NCBI RefSeq assembly: GCF_030144855.1
Contig: NC_082711.1
Location: 152,954,001-153,018,000, forward strand
Length of the DNA stretch: 64,000 nt
Source of the DNA: Hypanus sabinus
Taxonomy: Eukaryota
Direction: 5' to 3'
Made by a program: the position numbers and the translations under genes. The notes beneath the pieces are model-generated. The model searched no databases. It was not told where the DNA came from and was given only the letters and a program-made list of their open reading frames with translations. Of this stretch, positions 37,173 to 49,802 are shown in pieces (the first letter of the stretch is position 1; every line of letters begins with the position of its first letter).

Positions 37173-38150
37173 ATGAACCACGTGTGGAACGGCTCAGTAG
37201 GACACGGCAACAGCAGCGTGACGTGGAGCTACTGGTTGGTTCTGTCGCTGGGAATCCCGCAACTGGGCATCAATTTAATTTCCATCGTCTGCAACTGTTT
37301 AGTGATCCTCAGCAACATCTCTCCAAAGCACCCGAACAAGCCCATCTTCATTCTCTTTAGGAGCTTGGCTCTGTCTGACCTTCTCTCAAGCATATCTTCT
37401 TTCTGGATCGCCTTACTGTTCATTTATAACCCGGAGAACACTATATATGGCTCGAGAGAACTGCTGCACCCCTATGCCATTCTTGCCATCTCTATACTAT
37501 CGGCCGTCTACAACTTGATCGGCATCGGCGTGGAACGCTATCTGACCCTGTCGAATGGCTTGAGACCCAGGTGCAGGATCTTCCACTACCAGCCCCGGAC
37601 GATGGCCATGATCAGCTGGCTACTGGCGGCCATTTTCGGGGGGCTGCCCCTGATGGGCTGGAATTGCCTCCACGATGATGAAAAATCATCTGCCCTTTAC
37701 CGGCCTCTCTGCATCGATTACCTGGTGTTTATCACCATTCCCAATGGCGTTATAACCTTCGCTTGCCTATTCTTCACTTATGTTTCCATCATTATAATTT
37801 TAAGGAGACAGAAGTGCATAATTACAGCCCAGGGTCACGTTAGTAACAGGTCCAGAGTGGCCGAGGCCCACGTCACAAGGACAAGTATCATAATTTGGAT
37901 CATGACGGTAGTCTCGTACGCCCCGTTCTTTTCAGGCGTCCTTTGGGATGCGCTGGACCACTCTCAGCATGGCGACCTTCAAATACACATTTTTATTTTT
38001 AGGAATTTCACTGCCATCATGATAACGCTAAACTCTTTAAGTAATCCTATGGTCTATAGTCAGAAATTAAAAGGACTACGAAACACTATCAGTTCATTCA
38101 AATCTTCTCTTGGCAAAAGAATTCATGTGCGAACAGTAAGAATTGCTTAA
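37173..38150 (+). CDS. Intronless class A (rhodopsin-like) GPCR, MECA / lysophospholipid / GPR3-6-12-like orphan, 325 aa
   Basis: Seven hydrophobic segments. N-terminal sequons NGS and NSS; TM2 SLALSDLL; TM3 ERY; TM4-ECL2 LPLMGWNC (typical of S1P/LPA/GPR3/6/12 receptors); TM7 NSLSNPMVY. The ORF is uninterrupted. Confidence 0.93.
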   Translation: MNHVWNGSVGHGNSSVTWSYWLVLSLGIPQLGINLISIVCNCLVILSNISPKHPNKPIFILFRSLALSDLLSSISSFWIALLFIYNPENTIYGSRELLHPYAILAISILSAVYNLIGIGVERYLTLSNGLRPRCRIFHYQPRTMAMISWLLAAIFGGLPLMGWNCLHDDEKSSALYRPLCIDYLVFITIPNGVITFACLFFTYVSIIIILRRQKCIITAQGHVSNRSRVAEAHVTRTSIIIWIMTVVSYAPFFSGVLWDALDHSQHGDLQIHIFIFRNFTAIMITLNSLSNPMVYSQKLKGLRNTISSFKSSLGKRIHVRTVRIA

Positions 38151-40174
38151 AAGCATTTACCCGGACACCCATTTCTGAACTCGGAAGGAAGAGGCGCAGT
38201 ATTTTCGCAGTAAGGAGTTTAGAGACGAGCCGACAAATTTAAGCATCTCTGGACGGTGTCAGATTATATTAGCTTCAACGGAGAGGGATTTCTGAGCAGG
38301 AACTCAGACATGCCAAAGTGAAGAAAGGCTTAGTACAGCAATTACATTTGTTAGCAATCCTTTTACTTCGGCAGAGTTTGCTATAAGAACGCTGACTGCA
38401 GCTGTTCTCAGTCATAGAATACAGAACAGCGTACTGAACTGGAACGTCGAACAGAAAGCGGCACTTCCACCTAATAAGTCCTACAATATCATGTTAAACC
38501 AATTGCATGTGCCTGTGATCCCTCCATCCCCGCCTGTATAAATGCCCCTTAAACGTCGGCTTCCACCACTTTCTCTGGCAGCTTGTTCCAGACGCTTACT
38601 TATGTGCAAAAAAACCTGCCTCCCACATCTCCTTTAAACATCCCCCCCCCCTCAGATTTTAAACCTATACCTTCCAGTATCTGACATTTCCACTCCAGGC
38701 AAAAGACTGATAATTCACCTTACTTTTATATATAGTACTCAGCATCAGGTCTCAGTCTCCATTGGCAGCATCCCATGAAAACACTCCTGCATCTTCCCCA
38801 AAACCACAACATCTTTCTTGTAATGTGGCAATTGGTCTTCACACAATATTGTCGTCTAACCAAACTTTTATACTTAACATTCAGACTGATGCTACATGCC
38901 TCTTTACCAGCCTACCTACTGTATTGCCACATTCAGGGAGCTATGAACTTGACCCCCAAGAGCACATCAACGTTCCCAAGGGTGTTGTCATTTACTAAAT
39001 GTTTTCTGCTTGAACAGACCTCATGCGTGGCAGGATTAAATTTATCTGTCATTTTTCTTGACTTATTTACAATTGGCCTATATCCTGGTAGATCCTTTCT
39101 CACTCACCACAAGCCTGACAATTTTTGTTTTGTGCTTTACTTAATTCATTCAGTCCTGTGCACTTGTCAACTCCATTTCCTAATCGTCTATCATTTTCAG
39201 GAAAAACCTCACACGTGCAATTCTTTCTCTAAGGGATACTACTAGTAATGCTGAATTGTACGTTGATGCAAAGAACATTTCACTCTGCAGTCACCTCAAG
39301 GAATAGCTGAATTGTCAGTCACTGATGGTGTCATATTTTACCATCTGCTCAGAGTATTTGATACTTTAAGGGTAAAACTAATTTCAGTATTATTGGTAAA
39401 ATCTCTTGCTTTTCTATTGCATTGCAATTCAGTAATTTTGTTTTACTAAATATCTTTGCAGAATCAACTAGTAGATACAATTCTGTTCATTAGTTAATTG
39501 AGGCTAATGACTTTTGTTCAGGCTAAATTTTGTTTTTATTATATGTACCACTGTAATGTGGTGACTTGATGTGTCAAAGCTGTGTGCTAAGTACAAGCTA
39601 TGCTTCTCAAATTTGATCTTTCTTAACAATAAGTGTGTGATTGAACGGAAATAAATGTTCAGCAGTATTCTAAAATTATAGCTCTTGTCTGAGCACTTTT
39701 CTCCTCTATTATATTTGGAACATAACATGAAAAAAACAAACTGCTGGGAGACACTCAGAGGAGTAGATAGCGTATGTGGAAAGAGATATAGAATTAATTA
39801 CTTATTTCCAGTATTTGCAATTTAAAACACAAATTACTAGGTATACTTTCCTGGAAAAGAAGATGCTTTTGCAACTCTTCAGGCATGATAACAAATATTT
39901 CAACTAATGCAATTTCCCCACTACAAATAAAGCGTTCGTCAATGAAATTCTGTGCTAAAGTAAAACTATCAATGTGGAAACAATCAAATGGAGGGACACA
40001 CCAGTATCAGGTTCACACTCAATACCAATTTATTCAAAAACATTTGAATAACAAAGTATGAAGGTGTCCTTGCATCATTTTTGACATCTCCTGCTTTTTT
40101 ATGCAGATCAAGAGTTATCTTGGAACACATACATATGGCTGGAGGAACTCAGCAGGTCAGGCAGCAACCATAAA

Positions 40175-40212
40175 CAGTTGATGTTTCTGGCTGAGACCAT
40201 TCATCAGAACTG
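40175..40212 (-). ncRNA. Minimal type I hammerhead ribozyme motif in a Penelope terminal repeat (best-preserved copy)
   Basis: Minus strand reads CAGTT-CTGATGA-A-TGGT-CTCA-GCCA-GAAA-C-ATC-AACTG. Both core boxes are intact, with stem I CAGUU/AACUG and stem II UGGU/GCCA. Confidence 0.6.
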
Positions 40213-41501
40213 GAAAGGGGGGGGGGGGGAAGTAGCCAGAAAAAGAAAGTGGGGGAGGGGAAGGAGTACAAGCTTGAAGATGAAAGGTGGGATGAAGTGA
40301 GAAATTAGGAGGTTTATCTTACCAAAGTGTTTTGGCCTGAAACGTCAACTGTACTCTTTTCTCTGATGCTCCCTGGCCTGTTGAGTTCCACCAGCATTTT
40401 GCATGTGTTGCTCGGTTTATCTTGGAAATTAGCTTATATTCATTTATTCACAAATTATAGATATTGTTAGCAAGAGTAATACTTAATACATTAGAAAAGG
40501 GAGTATGACTACTGTGTTCTTTGCAATAGGGAGGTCTAAATTTTGACCTGTAACTTTGAAGTGTTTTGTGGATGACTGCAAAGCTCAGGCAAGTCACTTG
40601 CAGTAGGCTACTCATCCTTTGACTTGCAACAATTTGTCTTCCTTTGCAGTCAGTCTTTGTGTAATGTTTTTCATACATTCTATTGCATTTCTTTATTTTC
40701 CTGCAAATACCCGCAAGAAAATGAATCTCAAGGTAGTATATATGTGCATTGATAATAAATTTTACTTTGACCTTGACTTTCGCCTTCCATGTTATGTTAT
40801 TGAAGAGTCTGAGATATTGGCAGAAAGATACAATTCTGTGCATTTGACTATGTCAGCTGTTCCTTAATGTGTGTAAGAGGCAACTGTCCCAATCTTGACA
40901 CACCTCATTTATTGTGAGAGCAATCTTGAAGGGTCAATTTTAGTAGATATTATTCAGTCATGGTCAAATCCAGTATCTTGGAACACATACAAAATACTGG
41001 GGAAACTCAGCAAGTCAGACAGCATCCATGGAAAGGAATAAACAAACAACTTTTCTGGCCGAGATCCTTCATCAGGACTGGAAAGGAAGGGGGAAGCAGC
41101 CGAAATAAGAAGGTGGGGGAAGGGGAAGGAGTAATGGAAGGTGGAAGCCAGGTGGGTGGGGAGGGGGAGGTTTATGTTGAGGTTACGTGATTTATCCGGT
41201 TTCAGGTCTATTTTGTTTTGTTTCCATACAACAGTGTTGATTGCCCAGCCGGCCTCTCAAAGTCCAACCCTGCATCCCCATCGTGAGAGGTGGAAATGGA
41301 CAAGGCCGGCCAACAGGGCTCTGGTGAAGCTGTATGGCCAATCCCCTGTACAGTGGATACAACATAATGCAGAGGCATTGGTGACCTCCAACCACACCAT
41401 CGATCTTAGAAGATGGAGATTAGAGATCAATGGTCTGTGCTCCACTTGAGAGCTAAGAGCCTTGGAAACATGGAAAACCTACAGCACAATACAGGCCCTT
41501 C

Positions 41502-42458
41502 TGTCATGAGGTGGGACAAGAGTGCTGAGAGAGGACCCACATGCAGGACACAAACACATCTTTCTTAGGTACAATAAAATAGCGTTTATTACTCGCTACA
41601 CAGAAGATCGGGAAATCGAGGACAAAGAGGAACATGAACCTCGGACTAGGGACTAGGATCGCCGCGGACCTGGGACTTGGACAGGGGATACATGGACAGC
41701 CGCGGACCTTGGACTTGGACTTGGAGACTGGGACCTTGATTCACCGCCACCAGACACTTGGGTACCATGGATCGCTACAGCCAGAAACGTGGACACCAAA
41801 ACACAGGACAAGGAATCTTGAACCAGGACTCCTCCTCCAGATCAGTCATCGAGCCAGGACTCTTCTTCAGGGGTAGACACGGACAAAGGGCATGAACGTC
41901 GAGTTAGGTCTCTGCCTTCAACTCAGGCACCGAGCCGGGACTCTTGTTCGGTGGGGGTAGACACAGACAATGGTTATGAACATCAAGCCAGGACTCCACC
42001 TTCCACTCAGGCATCGAGCCAGGACTCTTCGAGGGGTAGACACGGACAAAGGGCATGAACGTCGAGTTAGGTCTCTGCCTTCCACTCAGGCACCGAGCCA
42101 GGACTCTTCGAAGGGTAAGCATGGACAAGGGGCATGAACATCAAGTCAGGGCTCCGCCTTCAACTCACCCCTGGCAGATTGACCTTGCCTGGATCCACTC
42201 TGGCGATGGAAGGCGAATTGCTGGTACGCCGATGCGGGCTGGATCACTCTAGCTTGTCGTAGCGGTAGTGACTTGCTAAGGCTTCTTAACACTCTTGCCC
42301 CGAACGGCTAAAGCCAGGGGCTTATAAGCTGCCGGTTCGGGTCGGGGGTAGATTACCTTGATTGCCAAGCTCAAGGGACGCGTGAAATGGAATTAGGCGT
42401 CAATGGTCTGGATCGCAATCTAACTAAATTTAAAGGGGAACCGATCCGGACCATGACA
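41502..42458 (-). mobile_element. Solo LTR (Gypsy-like) with internal ~80-bp tandem repeats, inserted into a CR1 3' tail
   Basis: Termini TGTCATG...CATGACA; perfect 5-bp TSD ccttc (41497-41501 and 42459-42463); minus-strand AATAAA near 41585; tandem units at about 41850-42150. Confidence 0.88.
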
Positions 42459-45231
42459 CCTTCGACCCACAAAGCTGTGCTGAACATATCCTTATGAGAA
42501 ATACCTAGGATTATCCATAGCCCTCTATTTTTCTGAGCTCCATATACCTGTCCAGGAGTCTCTTAAAAGACCCTATTGTATCCGCCTCCACCACTGTCAC
42601 CGGCAGACCATTCCACGCACTCACCACTCTCTACGTAAAAAACTTACCCCTGATATCTGAGATAACTCAGAAGGAGAAGGTTGCCAGGCTTTTGAATCTC
42701 TTATAAATATCAGACCGGTTAAAGACATCAGAGAACAAAATAAACTTTAACATCTATCTGGTAGTTTCAGAGTCCTCCTTACTAATATAGATTTCTAGAT
42801 AAATTAACTAAGGAATATTAAATTTTCCATCTGCCATGGTAGAATTCCATTCCAATATCAGAAACACTATACTACTCTTTCCATTAATATTGTAACAAGT
42901 TTAAAGAATGTATAATTCTGGGGTGAAAATAGAACATGTGCAGCTAAATGTTTATTTAATGTTAGGAATGCCAGTGGGAAAAAAAATCTCATGAAACATC
43001 TACACTGCGATGAACTTACTCAAAAGAGTAAAAATGATAAAAATGTTTAGCATCTAAATAACCACAACTGTGCCGCAAAGACCCAAAAGCTTCAAGATGA
43101 GTTTTGACACCTTATGCTTTATTAGTTACTAAAATTGCTTACTTGCTACTCAGTAGCAGCATCTGGTTTCTTACTCAGTCATTTCAGTAGATCAGTAGAA
43201 GAGATTTCATACTGATGCTAGTACAGTGGTTAGTGAAACATTTTCTGGCACTCGCTGTAAGACTGGGGCTTCATTCCCACTGTAGTCTGTAAGGAGCTTG
43301 TATGTTTTCCCCGTGACTGTGTAGGCTTCCTCTGAGTGCTCTGGTTTCCTCCCACATTCTAAAGACATAAAGTTAGGTTCAGTGCAATGTGGGCATGCTA
43401 TTTTGGTGCCAGAAGTATGGTGACACTTGCTGCCTGCCCAGCACAATCCTTGCTGATTTGTTATGATGCAAATGATGCTTTTGCTGTATGTTTTGATGTA
43501 CATGTGGCAAATAAATCAAACTTTCCTTTCACATCAAGCACTGGCTATTATAATTTCCATTCAACAAAAATTAGAGAGTGCATAAAATTGCCCATGGAAG
43601 CCATGTTGAGCTCTATGTAAACAACTTTGGCAGCCTGATTCTTACTTAACAAGCAGGAATAAAGCAGAACATAATTTATCGGACTGGTTCTATGCATCAG
43701 AAAACTTAGTGGTATTATATGCTGACATGCAATAATGGAAGTTGCAGGGAAAAGTCTTCAACCTTAAATGTTAACTCTATTTTTCTTTCTACATATGTTG
43801 CCTGATCTGTTGAGTAGCTGCAGCATTTTTTAATTTTCTTTCAGATTTCCAGCATCTGTAATATTTTTATTTTTCAATAATGGGAGGTTGACTCCTATGG
43901 ATGATGTTACAGTCATCTCAATACAGATCGTCTGGTGTGGAACAACTGACTGTGACCTTGAAGCTGTACAGTCCTGAGAGATCACTGCAACTGTGGTAAG
44001 ATCAAGGCAACAAATGTCATCCTTTGAGATGGCACATTTGGGGGCACTATCACAAGGGTAGAAGGGAAAAATATTAATTTTGTTGGAGTTCAGATGCACC
44101 CCTTTTTGAATGTTTGTACAGATGGACATAAAATGAATTACTGTGAATTTACAGTCAAAAAACCAGGCTCAATAGACCACTTCACTTCTATTTAATTTAA
44201 TACACACCCTACTATTGCTAAATGGAAGCATTGTATTTGTGTCAACTGTGCATATGTTCTACATTCTAACCATTTTATGGATGAAGAAATTTCTCTTGAA
44301 TTAAATCTGAATTTATGGGTAAGTATCCTATTACTTATGAGCTCTAATTCTGACCTCTCCCACAAAAGAAACAATTTCTCTACATCCAACTTATTAGACC
44401 CTCCAAGAGGTCATCTCTGAACCTCCTATTAAGGAGTTATTTTTGGGCTGCTACCATCTGCAATTGCACACTGAAGCATGGAAGCAGAGAAATGTGCTGG
44501 AGATAGGTAAGCATGACATCTGTGGTAGGCATGTCGCTGAAGAAGAATCTGGGATAAGATATACAAGGATCTAGAAAGGAAGGGGTTGATTAGAGGTTGT
44601 CAGGGTGGCTTTGCATGTGGGAGATTGTGTGTTACAATCTTGATTAAGTTTTGTAATGTAGTGTCCAAGAAGGTCAATGGGGTCAGGGTAGTAGACATAA
44701 GACATATGACATAGAATCAGAATTAGGCCATTCAGCCCACTGTGCTTGTCTGCCATTCCATCATGACTGATTTATTGTAAAAGGAGTTAGGCTGTATATG
44801 TACTTTTTTTGGGGGTGGGGGGTTGAAATTGAATTTGTAGACATACGGTACTGACCTGAAACTAAAACTGAGGTTAAATAAAATACTTAAAAATTGGAAT
44901 TCAATTAGTTTGCTAACTAGCTAGGGATAATTGGAAAGGCAAATGTTCATTTGTAATCCTTTGAATAGGGAACAACACTAGACCTAATTAGTTAGATATA
45001 TGGAGTAATAGTTGTCCTAATAAATCTCACCGATTTTAACTAAAAAGGAATTTGGGTTTCATTTGATATCTGAGATTTGGAACCTAAACAGAATGTTGGA
45101 ATTTTGAATTGTGCTTACTCATATAAATATTTTGCATATATTGCTATTTTTATAAACTTACCTCCAGAAGTGTGATTTCTATTCACTGCCTCCTTTCGAT
45201 ATCTAGAGCTTCTGATGGCCCACTAGCACCT

Positions 45232-45489
45232 TGTGTAGTACTATGTAATTTGATTTTCTCATAAAGAGTGTGGCAACCAGTCACACGAGATAGGACAAGC
45301 ACTACACAGGTGTTACACATACCTAAAAGGGGAGTTAACAGCGTTATTCCTATGCCACTCAGTTTGACACTCCCACATGGGAGGAGTTCACATACTGTAC
45401 AAGCAGTGTTATCAATAAAGTTCAGTTAAATATCTTGCATGCTGGTGTCCTGGTGCGCTCTGCACTATCCCTCAGTATCAAACACAACA
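45232..45489 (+). mobile_element. Possible short solo LTR
   Basis: TG...CA termini with an AATAAA near 45414; no clean abutting TSD. Confidence 0.35.
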
Positions 45490-46139
45490 TCCAGCACCTT
45501 AGCAGATGCAGTTGTTAAGAATACATTGCTACATAACAGGCCCATCTGGTGTCAGTCTCTGAAAATGCTGTGAGCCATCAACAAGTGCTGTTCAGTATGT
45601 AAGGAAGCACTGATGCAGGTCAGACTTGTAAGTTTTAAAGATTATTTTGGACATTAGGCATACGCTTTAAAATAACACAAATACAACATTTTATCATAGG
45701 TCAGGTAAATCTACAAGGCTATTTAATGGTGTTAACTGGTGATCATTAGTGCTTTTTCAATTGCTGCTACACGCTATTATTGACATTGCTTAGGGTCAGA
45801 CAATTCAAAGGCACCATTAAAAGTTATATCATGATATAACTTTCGGCGGTAATGATAAATTATTTAAAAGATGTTTCATTTAATTTAGTCGACCTTACAA
45901 ATACACGGGGAAATCTAATTGCCAGTAGTTATGAAATCCACCTCAATGCTCCTTGCAGATTGGAAAGTTGACGATCTCAATAAGGGGAGAGTCTTAATAA
46001 TTAATCTCGTTTTGAAGGGTGTTTTCATTCCCACCTATAAATGTAGTTGGGATGCTGTATAAATTAACAAACATTATTAAAAGATCCTGTTGCAGACAGA
46101 GCCTAGTCTCATGATTATAACCTTTCCCTCAATGTCAAT

Positions 46140-46830
46140 ATAACAAAAGAAGTGATCATTGACCAGGAAAGTGGAGGTGCACATACTCCTGTTACTTCAA
46201 TGGTGCTGAGGTTGAGAAGACTGGGAACTAGGAATGAACATCAACAATAGCTTGTCCTGGTTGTGTCACGCCCATCAATGTTCACCTGCGCTCGTACTTC
46301 CACAGGAGGCTAAAGAAAATTGGCATGTCCCCCATGATCCTCACTGATTTGTATTTTCGCACCATAGAATCTGGATGCATCATGACCTGCTATGGCAATT
46401 ATTATGCACAAGGCCACAAGAAACATTGTGGAGACCAGCCTCCCTCAATGGACTCTGCCCACACTTCGCACTGCCTCAGTAAAGTGAACAGTATAATTCC
46501 TGGTCATTCTCTCTTCCCCCAGCAGGCAGAAGATTAAATGAACCTGGAAGCACATACCACCAGGCTCAAGGACAGCTTCCATCCCACTGCTATCAGACTC
46601 TTGAATGCTTCCCTAGTACAAAAGAATGGACTCCTGACCTCACAATCTCCCTCATTGTGACTTTGCATCTTACTGTCTACCCTCACTGCACTTTCTTTGT
46701 ACTGTTACACTTCATTTTACACTCTATTACTGTTTTATCCTGCACTGCTGGAATGAACTGATCTGCATGGACAGTATGCAAGGCAGCTTTTTCACTGTAC
46801 CTTGGTATGTGTGACAATAACACAAATTGC
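46140..46830 (+). mobile_element. Degraded Rex1/L2-type LINE 3' fragment
   Basis: FRTIESGCIMTCYGN remnant and a 3' UTR similar to the other copies. Confidence 0.7.
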
Positions 46831-47459
46831 CAATTTATTTGCAATTATAGAGCAAATGAGATAGAAAAAGGGTGATTTATTTGCATTTAATGTTAATTGA
46901 CTACATATTCAGCTTTGTTAGATAGCATACAAGAATTTTTTGTACTAATACATAACAAACAAGCAGTGTCATATATATTAGCTCTTGTTTTAGTAACTTA
47001 TTTACTGTAGAGCACACCAGCAACTCAAAATCAACAAGCCATTTTCAGCTTAGTCACATCATGAAAATTTATTTTATCTTTAGATGAAATCATAAAACTC
47101 CATTAGCCTTCAGGAAATGAATACCTGCAGTCAAATATTGAGGAAAGAGGTAATTTACTTTGTGTGCTTAATTAACTTCATATACATCCAAGGAGAACAA
47201 GTACAAAGCAGTTTCGTTTTCAACCACCTACACGCTCACATTAAAAAATCCCTGATGAAGGTGGCAGAGCTTTTCATTAAAGTGTCGGCGATAATCAATA
47301 CGTACCCAGCTAGAAGCCCGAGAAGAGCTTATTCGAAAGCACTAGGTCCCTTTTTTTAAAAAAGATCCTTTGTTAAGAATATTTAACATTAAACTCAAGC
47401 AGTGCAAAATCCCTTTTACGCTGCAGGATTTTGAGCAAACAACTGCTGTGAGGTACTTT

Positions 47460-48455
47460 AGCCCTGTTGCTTGCACCAGGCCAGATACGGATGTCTGTGA
47501 CCAGTGGTGTCAACACAGTGATCAATGTAGGGCCCATTGTTGATTTTGATGGATATAATTGTCTTGGACAAAATTATAAAAGCATTGGTTAGTAAGGTGG
47601 CTGATAGCTCGTTGGAGTTGTCAACGACAAATAAGCTCATCAAAAGAAACATGAGGATATAGTCATGGGCAGAGAAATCACAGTTAGAGTTTAATCTGGG
47701 CATGTATGGGAGGTTAAGTACGAGAGGAAAATATATAATTAAAGGCAGGATCCTTAATAGCGTTGAGGTACAGAACAATATTGAGGTTCAAGTCCATGTC
47801 ACCATGAAAGTGTCAACTTAAGTAGATAGACTGATGAAGAAGGGTATGGCAAGCTTCCCTTCATCGATAGGAACATGGTGGAAGTCATGCTGCAGTTGTA
47901 TAAACTTCAATTAGGCTGCACTTCGGGTATTGCATGCTGCTCTGGTTGCCCCATAACAGGAAGGATGAGGAGGCTTTGGAGAGGGTTCAGAAGCCTTTAC
48001 TAGGGTGCTGTCTAGAAGATATTAGCTAAAAGGGAGGATAGACAAACTGGGATTGTTTTCTCTGGAACTTTGGAAGCTGAGGGGAGACCTGATAGTTTAT
48101 AAGATTAGGAGAAGCATAGCAATCTTCAGCCAGAATCTTTTTCCCAGTGTGCAAATTTCAAATACTAGAGGACGCAGCTTTAAACTGAGTGGGGGAAAGT
48201 TTAAAGTGCATGTGCAGGGCACATTTTTGCAGAGCAAGTGGTAGGTGCCTGGAACGTGTTGCCAGGAGTGGTAGCGAAAGCAGATACAATACTGGTGATC
48301 GAGGAGTTTTTTTGATAGCCACATGAATATATGGGGAATGGAGGATACGGATCATGTGCAAGCAGAGGGATTTGTTTAATTTAGCATCATGCTCAGCACA
48401 GAGATTGTGGGCTGAAGGGCCTTTTCCTGGACTGTACTGTTCTATGGTTTATGTT
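47460..48455 (+). mobile_element. Degraded CR1 RT and 3' fragment (another at about 23230-23780)
   Basis: Remnant FSLELWKLRGDLI...SNTRGRSFKLSGGKFK and a CR1-type tail. Confidence 0.8.
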
Positions 48456-49109
48456 CTAACAACAGACAAGACATTTAGCTAAGTTCCCCAATGTTTAGAA
48501 CCCCAGCTACTTAAAAAAGGAACTTCAATGTGTTTTCTAATGTTGTTACCATTAATTAAGCTTTGGCAGAACAGAGAAAATAAAATATTTAGTAATGAGT
48601 AGAATCAAATAGTGGAGAGTTACAATACTTTGGTAACCTGCCAAAACTAGCAAACGATAAAATTTAAATTGCATTTCATAAGATAAGTGTGTCTTAGGAA
48701 CAAGATAGATGATCATAAAATTTTATTTTGAAAATCACTTTTGTTTCACATGATTATGTTTTATTGGAAAACTCACTGGCTGTGATAAAAATACACTATA
48801 TTTTTATATAATGAGAATGACCTTGGATTACAGCCAATGGAACTAGAAGAGGGCATTCATTACTAATGAAGAGGAGAGGTTCTTTACGGCATATTTACTA
48901 CAGTTCCTTGTTGTGTGTTGACTCACATTTATTTACTATTTTTACCTAATCTGTTGTTTATTGTTAATTTTCTTTCAATAATTCTTTATATTGGGGTGAC
49001 TTCCTCAGGATGGTTCACGAAGCAACTCCTTTCATTCCTCTTGTGTCCTCTTTTTATTTCAGATGTGGTTCTGCTATTGCTGGAACCTGTTATCTATGTC
49101 CTGGCAGTG

Positions 49110-49802
49110 TGCTTTTGGGCCGGACAATTGGGCACTTCGCTGTCTCTGAGGGGGTCCCACGAGGCTGTGAGAAAAGCATGCGGCATGGAGGCCCGGCTGC
49201 AGGAGACGGGACTCGAATCCATCATCTGCTCCATCTCTCGCCAATTCAAGAGCCGGGGAAGATGGAAACCATCAAGGCAGGTGCGGAGGACGTGCGAGTG
49301 TTCAGCACCACCTACCAGCCCCTTGCTCTTTGCTGCCAGAGGAGGGTTTCTGCATGTGGTGGTCTCCCTCCCCCTCTCACTTGCTGTTCTCAAGGGGAAG
49401 GTTCTTGCTTTCAAGCGGTCTCTGTCTCCCTCAGTGCTGTCGGAGTATGGTGCTGGTGCAAAGTTTAATCGCCACCGTTTGTAGATTTGGACTCTGATCA
49501 CGTTTATGAAGTGTTCCAGTTCTGGTTGCTCCTTTTGAGTGATTTCTGATTTGGGGCAGGCTGCAGATAATGAACACTGAGCTAAACTGTAATATACCTT
49601 TTGATTTTGTGTTTTATTTTCTGTGGTTTCGCTCATTTTTTGTTGCAGTTTATATGATTTTTTGTGCACGTGGGGGAGGGGTGTTGGATGTTTTCCTTTA
49701 GTGGGTTGGTTCCATGGTTCTTTGTTTCGTGGCTGTCTGTGGGAAGACAAATCTCAGGGTTGTATGCTGCGCACATACTTTGATAATAAATGTACTTTGA
49801 AT
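49110..49802 (+). repeat. Interspersed repeat (probable LINE 3' UTR); related copies at about 21780-22460, 40640-40780 and 55320-55600
   Basis: Shared ending gaaga..aatctcagggttg...ataataaa..tactttgaa. Confidence 0.7.

Noticed and set aside
41850-42150. Repeat-spacer-like pattern suggestive of a CRISPR array
   Set aside because: The units are contiguous diverged tandem repeats inside a solo LTR of a vertebrate genome, with no unique spacers and no cas genes.
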